Of a stretch of 64,000 nt of DNA, positions 18,978 through 28,592 are shown piece after piece. How positions within the stretch are numbered: the first letter of the stretch is position 1; each line of letters opens with the position of its first letter. Under the pieces are notes generated by a model. That model was not told the origin of the DNA, ran no database searches, and saw only the letters and a list, made by a program, of their open reading frames with translations. This stretch comes from an uncultured Rikenellaceae bacterium (GTDB lineage Bacteria > Bacteroidota > Bacteroidia > Bacteroidales > VadinHA17), in contig CAWDHN010000012.1 in NCBI GenBank assembly GCA_963802145.1, positions 438,721 through 502,720 of the forward strand, in the 5' to 3' direction. The position numbers were made by a program, and so were the translations under genes.

Positions 18978-19688
18978 TCAGAGACCAAGAACCTGGATGG
19001 CAAGTCCGGATACTGCAATTGTGGCTCCGGCAATTACATTGACATATCGTTCGAGCGGTCTCAGGTTTATCCGGCTCAGGCCGAGCCTGAAGGCAAGCAC
19101 AACCGTCATCATGGTGGCTATGGTGACAACAGAGAAGAGCAATGAGACGAGGATCACACCGCTTATGTTGTTCTCAGCGGCGGGGTACATCAGGATCGGA
19201 ATGAGCGGTTCGCACGGACCCAGGACGAAAATAAGGAACAGTATCCATGGCGTCATGTTCTTCCTGTCGGCAATGTGAATATGTGAATGGCCGCTGAAGT
19301 GGTCATGTTCATGCTCATGATCCGTACCGTCGGTATGATGATGCTTGTGAAGGTGTTTCTTCTTCCGGTAGAGTGCGCGCAGGCTGATCAGCATATAAAC
19401 GAGGCCGAAAGCAATCAGAAGCCATGCTGCGATGTTCCCCCTGAATGATTCAAAGAACTCAAGTTTTGAAATCGACAGTCCTGCCGCTATGCCTATGAAT
19501 CCAACGACAATCGAACTGAGCACATGTCCCACCCCGCAGAGGAAGGTAATGAACATTGTCTTTTTAATGCTCCATGCGCGCGCCTCTCCCATGACGATGA
19601 AAGGCAGGTAGTGGTCAGGTCCGATGAGGGTATGTATGAACCCGATGGTGACTGCGGTAACTGCAAGAAGTATTGTTGATTCCTCCAT
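18978..19688 (-). CDS. His-rich nickel/cobalt transporter-like membrane protein (RcnA/UreH/NiCoT-like)
   Basis: HTLIGPDH motif, His-rich loop HLHKHHH..HEHEHDH..HSHIH, GPCE, ~6 TM. Confidence 0.75.
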   Translation of the reverse strand: MEESTILLAVTAVTIGFIHTLIGPDHYLPFIVMGEARAWSIKKTMFITFLCGVGHVLSSIVVGFIGIAAGLSISKLEFFESFRGNIAAWLLIAFGLVYMLISLRALYRKKKHLHKHHHTDGTDHEHEHDHFSGHSHIHIADRKNMTPWILFLIFVLGPCEPLIPILMYPAAENNISGVILVSLLFSVVTIATMMTVVLAFRLGLSRINLRPLERYVNVIAGATIAVSGLAIQVLGL

Positions 19689-19715
19689 ATCATGGTATAA
19701 AACAGTGCAAAGATA

Positions 19716-21107
19716 CTAATTAAGCGATACGGGCTCTCTCTCCAGCCTGATCCAGTTTCCCTGTGAGTAAGTCATCTCCCTGAATCCCTTGTTTAAACTG
19801 TCAAGAAGCCTTCTGGCATCCCTTATAAAAACCATCATGGCCTCATACTGTGAGGGAGACTGGAAGAATTCAGGCAGGTTCTCGAAGGCCGCGCAGGGCA
19901 GTATGTAAAACTTCCGTTTGCCCTCTTCGGTGGGGGTATAGACCCATGTCAGGACATAACCGGCATCAGAGATAAAGGCAGTGTCACCCCTTACCTTCAG
20001 ATCAAGCCTGATCATTGCTCCGCCGTCCCTTCTGCGGGTGCGCTGGTTCGAGACGAAGTTCCCCATTGACCATACCACCGGATTTATGTACCCGCATGAA
20101 TCCGTATCTGCGATCATAGGCTGGATCACATGCGGATGAGATCCGATGATGATGTCAGCGCCGCTTCTCAGGAGGGCAGCAGCCGTCTTCTTCTGCTGCA
20201 GGTCGGGGAGGGTGTCATATTCCGTTCCCCAGTGAATGAATATGATTGTCTTGTCAGCACCGGCATCAATTGATCTCTTTATTTCCGCGGCTGCCCTGAC
20301 GGTGTCAATATAGGAGACGATTGCAGGGGGTGGCACCACTATACCATTGGTTCCGTACGTATATCCCAGAAGTGCGAGCTGCATGCTGTCATGGCTTATC
20401 ATCAGGGGTAACAGGCTGTCTCTTGCCTCGCTGCTTATCCATGTGCCTGTATGCCTTATGTCCAGACTGTCAAGTACCCTGATGGTCCGGACAAGACCCT
20501 TTGTTCCGCGGTCAGCCGAATGGTTGTTTGCCGTAACCAGTATGTCAAAACCGGCATTTTTGCATGCCACCGCCAGGGCATCCGGTGAGCTGAAGGCAGG
20601 GTACCCCTTGTAGGGAGCACCCCCGAGGGTGACTTCGAGGTTGCCTATGGCAACGTCAGCGCCGGCAATAAGGGGTGAGATATATTTGAATACACTGTCA
20701 TATTCATAGGTTCCGGTCGAGTCATTCAGGGCCGCTGCTATCTGGCCGTCGTGACCCATGATGTCTCCCGTGAATAAAAGGGTCAGAACCGAATCAGGCT
20801 GGTGACCGGCAATCAGGAACGAATCAGCTTGGTGACCGGAAATGGGAACCGAATCAGGCTGCTGACCTTCAATGAAAACTGAGTCGCGCTCCTGAGCGGC
20901 AACCTGAGCCGTGTCCTGTTGCTGTATTTCAATGAGGATCGAATCGGGACTCTGGCCGGCAACCAGAGCAGAATCCTGCCCCTGACCTGCGTCACGAACC
21001 CTGTCCGCCCGCTTACCTGGTTTGAAAAACGGCTTCTTATCCTGCCCTCCGGCAATGAGAGGCAACATCAGCGATGCAACCAGTGCAAAGATCTTAAGTG
21101 ATTTCAT
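19716..21107 (-). CDS. CapA/PGA_cap family metallophosphoesterase with N-terminal 10-aa repeats
   Basis: GDIMGH, GNLE, ANNHS, IHWG, GSHPH, SMGNF; signal peptide; likely start ATG 21107. Confidence 0.88.
   Translation of the reverse strand: MKSLKIFALVASLMLPLIAGGQDKKPFFKPGKRADRVRDAGQGQDSALVAGQSPDSILIEIQQQDTAQVAAQERDSVFIEGQQPDSVPISGHQADSFLIAGHQPDSVLTLLFTGDIMGHDGQIAAALNDSTGTYEYDSVFKYISPLIAGADVAIGNLEVTLGGAPYKGYPAFSSPDALAVACKNAGFDILVTANNHSADRGTKGLVRTIRVLDSLDIRHTGTWISSEARDSLLPLMISHDSMQLALLGYTYGTNGIVVPPPAIVSYIDTVRAAAEIKRSIDAGADKTIIFIHWGTEYDTLPDLQQKKTAAALLRSGADIIIGSHPHVIQPMIADTDSCGYINPVVWSMGNFVSNQRTRRRDGGAMIRLDLKVRGDTAFISDAGYVLTWVYTPTEEGKRKFYILPCAAFENLPEFFQSPSQYEAMMVFIRDARRLLDSLNKGFREMTYSQGNWIRLEREPVSLN
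20781..20990 (-). repeat. intragenic 30-bp (10-aa) repeat x7, each unit with D-S/T-x
   Basis: GAATC/GAGTC/GTGTC at 20791, 20821, 20851, 20881, 20911, 20941, 20971. Confidence 0.85.
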
Positions 21108-21180
21108 CAGGCTCTGTGTTGGGGCAATCTTTTTCAAAAATAGTCATAACTTAGCAAGTTCAAAAATGTTTGTTAGCATC

Positions 21181-21771
21181 ATGGAAGTACTTAATTCAGA
21201 TGTAGTTACATATATCCTGTTGCCTCTCTTCATCTTTGTGGCCCGAATAATCGATGTTTCTCTCGGCACACTGAGGATCATTTTCGTTACCAAGGGAATG
21301 AAGAGGGTAGCCCCGGTGGTGGGGTTCTTTGAAGTTCTTATCTGGCTCATGGCTATCAGCCGCATCATGCAGGATCTTGACAACTGGGCCTGTTACATCG
21401 CCTATGCGGCAGGTTTCGCCACCGGCAACTTTGTGGGCATGTTCCTTGAGGAAAAGCTGGCCATAGGCCATGAGATGATCAGGGTTATAACCCGCAAGGA
21501 TGCCACGAAGCTTATTGAGGATCTCAGGGCGAAGGGCTACGGTGTCACCTCGGTCAGGGCAGAGGGCATTGAGGGAGAGGTGGCGGTGATATACATCATC
21601 GCTCGCAGAAGCATGATTCAGGAGGTACTTGACCAGATAAACCTGTTCAATCCACGCGCACTTTATACCGTGGAATCGATCAAATACGTCAACAAGGAGA
21701 TATTTCACATAGCCGAGGAGGAGCGTCAGCGAAACTGGCTTACGAACCCGCTCAGGAAAGGCGGCAGGTAG
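21181..21771 (+). CDS. UPF0316/DUF2179 family membrane protein
   Basis: ARIIDVSLGTLRI, GFFEVLIW, YAAGFATGN..G; start ATG 21181. Confidence 0.85.
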   Translation: MEVLNSDVVTYILLPLFIFVARIIDVSLGTLRIIFVTKGMKRVAPVVGFFEVLIWLMAISRIMQDLDNWACYIAYAAGFATGNFVGMFLEEKLAIGHEMIRVITRKDATKLIEDLRAKGYGVTSVRAEGIEGEVAVIYIIARRSMIQEVLDQINLFNPRALYTVESIKYVNKEIFHIAEEERQRNWLTNPLRKGGR

Positions 21772-21800
21772 ATCATTTTTCCGTCATTTCTTCACCAGCC

Positions 21801-22367
21801 TCAATAGGTCTCCCTGCCTTTATAGATCTGTGCCCCGGTACCTGTCCAGGGTACGAGGACACCGCTCATGTCAATCCTGCTTCCATGGTTTGAAGAGACT
21901 GATGCAGTAGCCATATCGCCGGTTTTATTAACCTTGATCACTATTGTGAGATTGCCTCCGTTGCCGACGGTGTTTATCATAATGGTGTATCCACCGTGTT
22001 TCTTTTCCTGGTTCATCTCGAACGAGGTTATCTTGCCCTTCAGTGTCACCCCGCCAAGGCCGTTAAAGCCAACGCCTGACACTGACGCCATCTGGAAATA
22101 TGCCTCTTCTCCCTCTACCGCCACGAAGTTTGTGGTGGGATTGACACTCATCATGTACCCTCCGCGTCCCCTCATCTGGTCGGCCTTCATAACGAACCGG
22201 CCTGATTTGAGTGCTTCAGATGTAGTTCTGGCCATGATTGCTTCATTTTGCTTTTTCTGTTCCTGTCTGAGAGCTTTCTTCTCCTGCTTTGTAAGAGGAA
22301 CATCTTCCTGTGCCGTGGCTGCTATTGTAAATAGCATTATAAGGACTGATATTGCTAAATTTTTCAT
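21801..22367 (-). CDS. DUF4251-like secreted protein
   Basis: Signal peptide ending A-Q, charged helix, TTNFV, G.NGLGGVT.G. Confidence 0.7.
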   Translation of the reverse strand: MKNLAISVLIMLFTIAATAQEDVPLTKQEKKALRQEQKKQNEAIMARTTSEALKSGRFVMKADQMRGRGGYMMSVNPTTNFVAVEGEEAYFQMASVSGVGFNGLGGVTLKGKITSFEMNQEKKHGGYTIMINTVGNGGNLTIVIKVNKTGDMATASVSSNHGSRIDMSGVLVPWTGTGAQIYKGRETY

Positions 22368-22414
22368 ATCTCAACTATTTATTTCATCAGTACAGGAACA
22401 AGAACCGTACCAAT

Positions 22415-23900
22415 TTATTCGGCATTGTACAGTGCGAAAGTACTGATATGCGGGTTTGCCCTGGATGAGACTATTGTGAGCCTGATCTCATCGGCCTTGA
22501 CCTCGGGGAACCGTATAAGACGCTTATAACCAATTGTTGTGCCTGTGGCTATTGTATCCCATTGTGATTCCGACAGGGCTTCTATGACGAACTTCTCAAC
22601 CCTCTGTCCCCTGCTGATATCTTCCTGAAGCATGGCCACATTGAATGTGGCAACTATGGCCGGTACGAAGGAAGCTACGCGTCCGCGCCGGGGGCTCCAT
22701 GAGGTCCGGTTATCACCGTCAATGGCGTAGGAGGCACCACGGCCATACGGCCTGGCACCGTTGAGAAGGTCAGTGTCGTACATACCGTCGATCCACTCCT
22801 TTAAGCCCATCAGACTTTTTATGTCACTATCAGTTATCAGTCCCCTGTTGTCGGGAGGGACGTTCAGCAGGAGCACCGCGTTGCGTCCCACCGAACTGAG
22901 AAAAATTTCCGCCAGCTTGCTGACATCCTTCACCTGGCTGTTTTCACTGGCATGCCAGAACCACCCCGGTCGTATTGAGACATCCACCTCGGCAGGGTAC
23001 CAGAATACATTATCAGCCTTTCGAAGCAGTGTGCTGCTCCCCAGGTCCCCGGACATGGGAGTGAGTCCCAGCGCCTCGTTGATGGCACGGCTTTCCGGTG
23101 TGTCTCCGGGTGCCAGTGCCGTAACGCTCCATTCCGTTTCGCGCCCGTATCCTGTCTCTGTACCCACCCATCTCACATCTTCTCCCATGATTGCCGTGAC
23201 GGCATCAGGCTGCAGTTTCCTGATAAGGTCATAATAAGCCTGCCAGTCATATTCCTGCCGGCGTCCGTCAGGACCTTCGCCATTGGCTCCGTCAAACCAC
23301 ACCTCATCCACCTTGCCGTACCATGTCAGCAGCTCTGTCAGCTGCTCCATGTAAAACACGTTGTAGTGCGGGAGAATCGCCATAACAACCGGCATTGCGG
23401 TCCCATGGCGAGAGGTACACCCCGAACTTCATCCCCTGTTTGTCGCATGCATCCTTCAGCTCCCTTATCACATCACCACCGCCACCCTTCCATGGGCTTG
23501 ATGCCACCGAGTGATCTGTCGTTTTCGTCGGCCACAGGCAGAAGCCGTCATGATGCTTGGCTGTGATGATAACCATCTTCATGCCTGCCTCACCCAGTAC
23601 CTTTACCCACTGTTCAGCGTCAAGGGCTGTGGGATTGAAGAGCTCCGGGGATTCGTCACCGGTGCCCCATTCCCTGTCGGTGAAGGTATTGATGCCGAAG
23701 TGAATGAATGCTGTCATCTCCAGCTTCTGCCAGTCAAGCTGACGGGGATGCGGCACCACACGTGCCGCCATGGCCTCCTTGGCGCCCAGGTTGGGCTGAA
23801 CGGGAAATTTCACCCGGCCGGTGAAGTACTCGGATGCATCTTCACGGTTGCATGAGATGAATAATGCAAGACAGAATCCCGTTAACAGAAGCAGTCTCAT
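22415..23900 (-). pseudogene. alpha-L-fucosidase (GH29) lipoprotein with a +1 frameshift near 23366-23372
   Basis: 5' ORF has [19 protein letters not shown]; 3' ORF has WFDGA, WVGTE and an F5/8-like C-terminus; deleting one C joins them ([14 protein letters not shown]). Confidence 0.85.
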
Positions 23901-23908
23901 TTGCCTTA

Positions 23909-24316
23909 CTATTTCCCTGGCTTCACATACTTGACATTACGGAAACGCAGTGCTGACCAGTCGTTGTCAATTGCCACCTGCCCCACACGCCTGAAGCCGG
24001 TTTCCTCTACAGTATTCCATCCGCGGTCGCGGTTGATGTCACTGACATACTTGCGCGAAGTGCCTTTGGGATAGGCCATCCACAGCTTTCCGTCATCGCT
24101 CAGGTTGTGAATGCATGCCGGTCCGATCTTCTCCACATCCGGGGAGCCGGGTGTAAAGGCAATCATGAAATCATACAGGTACCGGGCATTGATCTCAGTG
24201 TCTATCATTACATCAGGAAGCAAGCCGGAAATCCGCTCCCTGAACTCATCCGGAGCATTCAGAACTGCAATACGCCCCTGGCTGCCATACTTTAGTTTCT
24301 TAAGAATATCATCCAT
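23909..24316 (-). CDS. conserved hypothetical protein
   Basis: [28 protein letters not shown] motifs; start ATG 24316. Confidence 0.7.
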   Translation of the reverse strand: MDDILKKLKYGSQGRIAVLNAPDEFRERISGLLPDVMIDTEINARYLYDFMIAFTPGSPDVEKIGPACIHNLSDDGKLWMAYPKGTSRKYVSDINRDRGWNTVEETGFRRVGQVAIDNDWSALRFRNVKYVKPGK

Positions 24317-24380
24317 TTTCTTCCCTCTTTCCTTCTGACAAATATACAAATATAGAGATAACTGAGCTTTGCTCCGGTTT

Positions 24381-24413
24381 TTTGGCATTTCAGCTGTTTA
24401 TGTCGTATATTTG
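24381..24413 (+). promoter_or_regulatory. Bacteroidota sigma-A promoter (-33 TTTG / -7 TATATTTG)
   Basis: TTTG at 24381-24384 and TATATTTG at 24406-24413, 21-nt spacer, just 5' of the riboswitch. Confidence 0.7.
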
Positions 24414-24422
24414 CAGTGTCAA

Positions 24423-24506
24423 ATTACGGGGTGCCTTACTTAACAGGCTGAGATCATACCCTTAAAACCTGATCCGGGTAATGCCGGCGTAGGGAAAGAG
24501 AGTAAT
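24423..24506 (+). promoter_or_regulatory. TPP (thiamine pyrophosphate) riboswitch
   Basis: GGGGTGC...GGCTGAGA..ATACCC...ACCTGATCCGGGTAATGCCGGCGTAGGGAA core, upstream of thiamine uptake genes. Confidence 0.95.
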
Positions 24507-24554
24507 CATTTCCGGCTTGTTGAAACACCCTCACTTCTGACAGTGAATTATTAA

Positions 24555-26996
24555 ATGGTTAGAGAAATGGTGAGGAAGTTTTTGGTTTTCATTTACCTGA
24601 TACTGACTGCATGCCTGGCGGCCTCGGGCCAGCGCCCCGGCGGCATGATCACCGGCCGCGTAAGTGACGCCGGAGGAGTCCCTATGGCGGGAGCCTCGGT
24701 GGTGATTGACAGTATCAGGGCAGGAGTGGCTACGGGCAACGACGGCAGGTATGCCCTGCGTGGACTGCGTGACGGCACTTATGCACTGCGAATAAGCTTC
24801 ACGGGGTATGATACCTTTGACACGGTGGTGGTCGTCAGAGGCACAGCTGTGGCCGATGCGTCACTTAAGGAGGCTCTTTTCGTAGCTGAGGAGGTGATCG
24901 TCAGGGGCAGTCGCGCAGGTAACCGCACACCCATGGCACACAGCACAGTGGAAGCAGCAGAGCTCAGGGAGCGCGACATGACAAGGGACATGCCCTATCT
25001 TCTGTCGCTGACCCCCTCGGTGGTTGAGACCTCTGATGCGGGGAACGGCATCGGTTACACCTCTCTCAGGATACGCGGCACTGACGCCAGCAGGATAAAC
25101 ATAACGCTTGACGGCATCCCTCTCAATGATGCAGAATCACAGCAGGTGTTCTGGGTCGACCTCCCTGACCTTGCCTCGTCGGCAGGGAGCATTCAGGTTC
25201 AGCGCGGGGTGGGAACCTCCACCAACGGCGCCGGTGCATTCGGGGCGTCAGTGAACATCAGCAGCATGACCCCGCCCGCTGATCCGGGCTTTGTGACTGA
25301 GCTTTCATACGGCTCGTTCAACACCTTCAGGGCCTCGGCAAAGGCGTGGACAGGTATTCTCGGAGAGAGATTCAACATGATGGTGCGGGCATCACATATA
25401 GGCAGTGACGGGTTTATCGACCACAGCGACGCTGACATCAAATCAGCGATGGTCACCGGCATATGGTCAGCTCCTTCGGACAGGATCCGCTTTAACGTGA
25501 TCACCGGGAGCGAGAGAACAGGGATAAGCTGGTGGGGCGTCCCCGCTGAAGTGCTGCCTGAAAACAGGCGCTATAACCCGGCAGGCGAATATACCGACAG
25601 CGAGGGACAGGTGCGCTACTATGAGGACGAGACCGACAACTATGAGCAGAACCATTACCATCTCTTATATACCCATAACTTCCCGCGACACGTCAGCCTG
25701 AATGCCGGCCTGCACCTCACAACGGGGAGAGGGTATTACGAGGAACAGAAGAGCGACCTAGATCCGGCTGAATACGGACTTGACGATATGATGACCTATG
25801 ATCCTGAGGTGACCGCCACTGACATCGTGCAGCAGAAGTGGCTTGGCAACTATTTTTACGGCGCTGTATGGTCTCTGATCAGACAGGGAAAAACCGCCGA
25901 ATGGACCTTTGGCGGAGCATTGAACCGCTATGACGGTGATCACTACGGTAAGGTAAAGTGGATGGAGTTTCCCGGACTGATACCGCCCGGATATGAGTGG
26001 TACAGGAACGAAGGGCTGAAGGATGAATTCAACATCTACGGCAAGGTAAACGCGACGGTGTCGGGCGGTCTCAATGCCTTTGCCGACATGCAGCTGAGAC
26101 ATATCAGCTACCGCTTCACCGGCCCTGACAGTGACATGAAGGATCTCACCGGCAGCTACCGGTTCACCTTCTTCAATCCCAAGGCCGGGCTCTTCTGGAG
26201 CAACGGCAGCGGGAGCGAGGCCTTTGTCTCGGCAGCCGTGGCTCACCGCGAGCCCACGAGGACTGACTACAAGGATGCTGCAGGCGATGAGGAGGCAACC
26301 CCGGCACAGGAACGCCTGACTGACTTCGAAGGAGGTTACAGCTGGAGGAACTCCAGGACTGCCCTGAGTGCCAACCTCTATTACATGCATTATAATGATC
26401 AGCTTGTACCCACGGGAAGGATAAGCAATACCGGTTACCCGATCATGACAAACGTGCCTGTCAGCTACAGGACAGGGGTGGAGCTTGCCGGCAGCTACAG
26501 GCCTTCGCCGGTGGCGGCCCTGAAGATGAACCTCACCCTCAGCCGCAGCAGGATAAAGGACTTCCGGAATTATTACTTCAACTATGATACCGGAGAATGG
26601 AGCGAGGAGTATCTCTATGAGGAGCTCGGCCTGGTTGATATAGCCTATTCGCCCCGTCTGACGGGATCGGCAGAGCTGGAAGTCAACCCGGTGGAACGGC
26701 TTTCATTGAGACTGACAGGAAAATACGTCGGGAAACAGTACTTTGACAATACCATGAGCGAGGAGAGGACCATCAGCCCTTACTTCGTCAGCAACCTCTC
26801 TGCCGGCTACCGGATTGATATAAGAAAGGCGGGAGAACTGACGCTGCGTTTCCTTGTCAACAACCTCTTCAGCGCCACCTACGAGAACAATGCATACGGT
26901 GGTATGTGGACCGAAGACGGAGTGGAAAAGACATGGGCTTACTTTTTTCCGCAGGCCGGGATCAATTACACAGCCGGGATTTCATTATCTTTCTGA
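24555..26996 (+). CDS. TonB-dependent receptor, putative thiamine uptake
   Basis: CarboxypepD-like N-domain, plug (RIRG.DASRIN..LDG, IQVQRGVG), C-terminal F; under TPP riboswitch. Confidence 0.9.
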   Translation: MVREMVRKFLVFIYLILTACLAASGQRPGGMITGRVSDAGGVPMAGASVVIDSIRAGVATGNDGRYALRGLRDGTYALRISFTGYDTFDTVVVVRGTAVADASLKEALFVAEEVIVRGSRAGNRTPMAHSTVEAAELRERDMTRDMPYLLSLTPSVVETSDAGNGIGYTSLRIRGTDASRINITLDGIPLNDAESQQVFWVDLPDLASSAGSIQVQRGVGTSTNGAGAFGASVNISSMTPPADPGFVTELSYGSFNTFRASAKAWTGILGERFNMMVRASHIGSDGFIDHSDADIKSAMVTGIWSAPSDRIRFNVITGSERTGISWWGVPAEVLPENRRYNPAGEYTDSEGQVRYYEDETDNYEQNHYHLLYTHNFPRHVSLNAGLHLTTGRGYYEEQKSDLDPAEYGLDDMMTYDPEVTATDIVQQKWLGNYFYGAVWSLIRQGKTAEWTFGGALNRYDGDHYGKVKWMEFPGLIPPGYEWYRNEGLKDEFNIYGKVNATVSGGLNAFADMQLRHISYRFTGPDSDMKDLTGSYRFTFFNPKAGLFWSNGSGSEAFVSAAVAHREPTRTDYKDAAGDEEATPAQERLTDFEGGYSWRNSRTALSANLYYMHYNDQLVPTGRISNTGYPIMTNVPVSYRTGVELAGSYRPSPVAALKMNLTLSRSRIKDFRNYYFNYDTGEWSEEYLYEELGLVDIAYSPRLTGSAELEVNPVERLSLRLTGKYVGKQYFDNTMSEERTISPYFVSNLSAGYRIDIRKAGELTLRFLVNNLFSATYENNAYGGMWTEDGVEKTWAYFFPQAGINYTAGISLSF

Positions 26997-27000
26997 CACA

Positions 27001-27594
27001 ATGGTAATCAACTGGATAACTGAAAATATTGTCGAGATCTTCGGGGCCGTTGCGGGCATTGCCTACGTGATCCTGGAGATAAAGCGCAACATACTGCTGT
27101 GGCCGCTGGGGATAGTCACCTCCGCGGTGTATATATATGTTTTCGGGCGCAACGGGTTTTATGCCAACATGGGATTGCAGGGATACTATCTTTTCATAAG
27201 CGTTTACGGATGGTACAGGTGGCGCCGGCAGCAGGAGGGTGATCAGAGCGGTGCACGGACCGATGTCAGGCGGATAGACTCCGTCACGGCGTGGGTGTGT
27301 GCACTGGTGTCGGTGGTGCTCTGGGCAGGACTGTGGTTGCTTCTCGACCGGGCGACGGACTCACCGGTGCCACTTTGGGACGGTCTTATAGCCTCCTTCT
27401 CCGTGGTGGCCACATGGATGCTGACCAGGAAATACATTGAGCAATGGTATGTATGGATTGTGGCCAATGCCATTGCCGTGGCTGTCTACCTGGCCTCCGG
27501 CCTTTACCCGACGGCCGTGTTGTTTCTGGTCTATTTTGTGATGGCAATTGTTGGGGTGCGGGAGTGGCGAAAGCAGTCGCCAGTCAGGCAATAG
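27001..27594 (+). CDS. pnuC: PnuC-family transporter (thiamine, PnuT-like)
   Basis: WPLG, LQ.YY..ISVYGW..W, KYIEQW..W..N; start ATG 27001. Confidence 0.9.
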   Translation: MVINWITENIVEIFGAVAGIAYVILEIKRNILLWPLGIVTSAVYIYVFGRNGFYANMGLQGYYLFISVYGWYRWRRQQEGDQSGARTDVRRIDSVTAWVCALVSVVLWAGLWLLLDRATDSPVPLWDGLIASFSVVATWMLTRKYIEQWYVWIVANAIAVAVYLASGLYPTAVLFLVYFVMAIVGVREWRKQSPVRQ

Positions 27595-27597
27595 AGG

Positions 27598-27661
27598 AAT
27601 TTTCGATTTCAGATTTTCGATTGTCGATTTATCGCAAATCGCAAATCGCAAATCGCAAATC
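27598..27661 (+). repeat. inverted pair of heptamer arrays: ATTTTCG/ATTGTCG-type arm then (TCGCAAA)4
   Basis: Read directly; same family as 1616-1797 and 40716-40823. Confidence 0.9.
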
Positions 27662-27666
27662 CTTCA

Positions 27667-27734
27667 GACTTTACAGACTTTTGACTTTATGGACTTTTAA
27701 CTTTAAGGACTTTTGACTTTACAGACTTTCGACT
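27667..27734 (+). repeat. 16-bp (9+7) tandem repeat x4, GACTTTAnn-GACTTTT, abutting the thiN ATG
   Basis: gactttaca gactttt / gactttatg gactttt / aactttaag gactttt / gactttaca gactttc / gact-ATG. Confidence 0.9.
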
Positions 27735-28358
27735 ATGAAAACCGTAATCCTCGCCAACGGCGCTTACCCCATACACCCGGTCCCCCTTGGCCGCCTGCAT
27801 GATGCAGATCTTATCATATGCTGTGACGGGGCGGCGGAAAAGCTTGCAGACCATGGACTTGAACCGGGCATAATAATCGGAGACCTTGACTCCGTCTCTC
27901 CTGCCCTGAAAAAGAGGTATGAAAAGATCCTTGTTCAGGATTCAGACCAGGAGACCAATGACCTCACAAAGGCGGTCAGGTGGTGCGCGGCGCATGGAAT
28001 AGAGGAGGTTGTCATCCTCGGCGCCACAGGCATCCGCGAGGACCATACACTGGGCAATATTTCGCTTCTTGCAGAATACAGCCGCATCATAAAGGCCACC
28101 ATGGTCACTGATACCGGTACATTCAGGGTTTATGACCATAACGCAACAATCAGCTCGCGTCCCGGTCAGCAGGTCTCGCTCTTCAGCCCCGACCCCGGTC
28201 TGGCCGTAACCTCCACCGGTCTTCGCTATCCGCTGGATGATCTTAAACTGTCATCCTGGTGGCGCGGAACCCTCAACGAAGCAGAGGGGGAATCATTCTT
28301 CCTGGAGTTCACAGACGGACAACTTATTGTCTTTATGGAGTTCCCTGACCAGAGCTGA
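27735..28358 (+). CDS. thiN: thiamine diphosphokinase
   Basis: CCDGAA, GDLDS, DQETNDL.KA, GATG.REDH..GN, TGLRYPL. Confidence 0.92.
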   Translation: MKTVILANGAYPIHPVPLGRLHDADLIICCDGAAEKLADHGLEPGIIIGDLDSVSPALKKRYEKILVQDSDQETNDLTKAVRWCAAHGIEEVVILGATGIREDHTLGNISLLAEYSRIIKATMVTDTGTFRVYDHNATISSRPGQQVSLFSPDPGLAVTSTGLRYPLDDLKLSSWWRGTLNEAEGESFFLEFTDGQLIVFMEFPDQS

Positions 28359-28368
28359 TGAATGCCAC

Positions 28369-28543
28369 TGCAATAAATATTCCGGACGCCAATCAATTGC
28401 AAAAAGTCTCCCCTTCACCAATCAAACATAACATAGTCTCGCAGACGCCAATCAATTGCAATAAATCTTCCGGGCGGGCGTCAATTTAAATAATGCCCCC
28501 GGACCCCGTTCAATTGCAACAAGTCTCCCGGCCGCCATTCAAA
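28369..28543 (+). repeat. degenerate 29-bp tandem repeat x6
   Basis: Consensus ~TGCAAnAAnTCTCCGGACGCCAATCAAT; unit lengths 29,29,30,29,29,29. Confidence 0.8.
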
Positions 28544-28592
28544 GGAAAATAATTATAACTTCGTCTGATTGTTAAATTAAACATGCTCCGCT

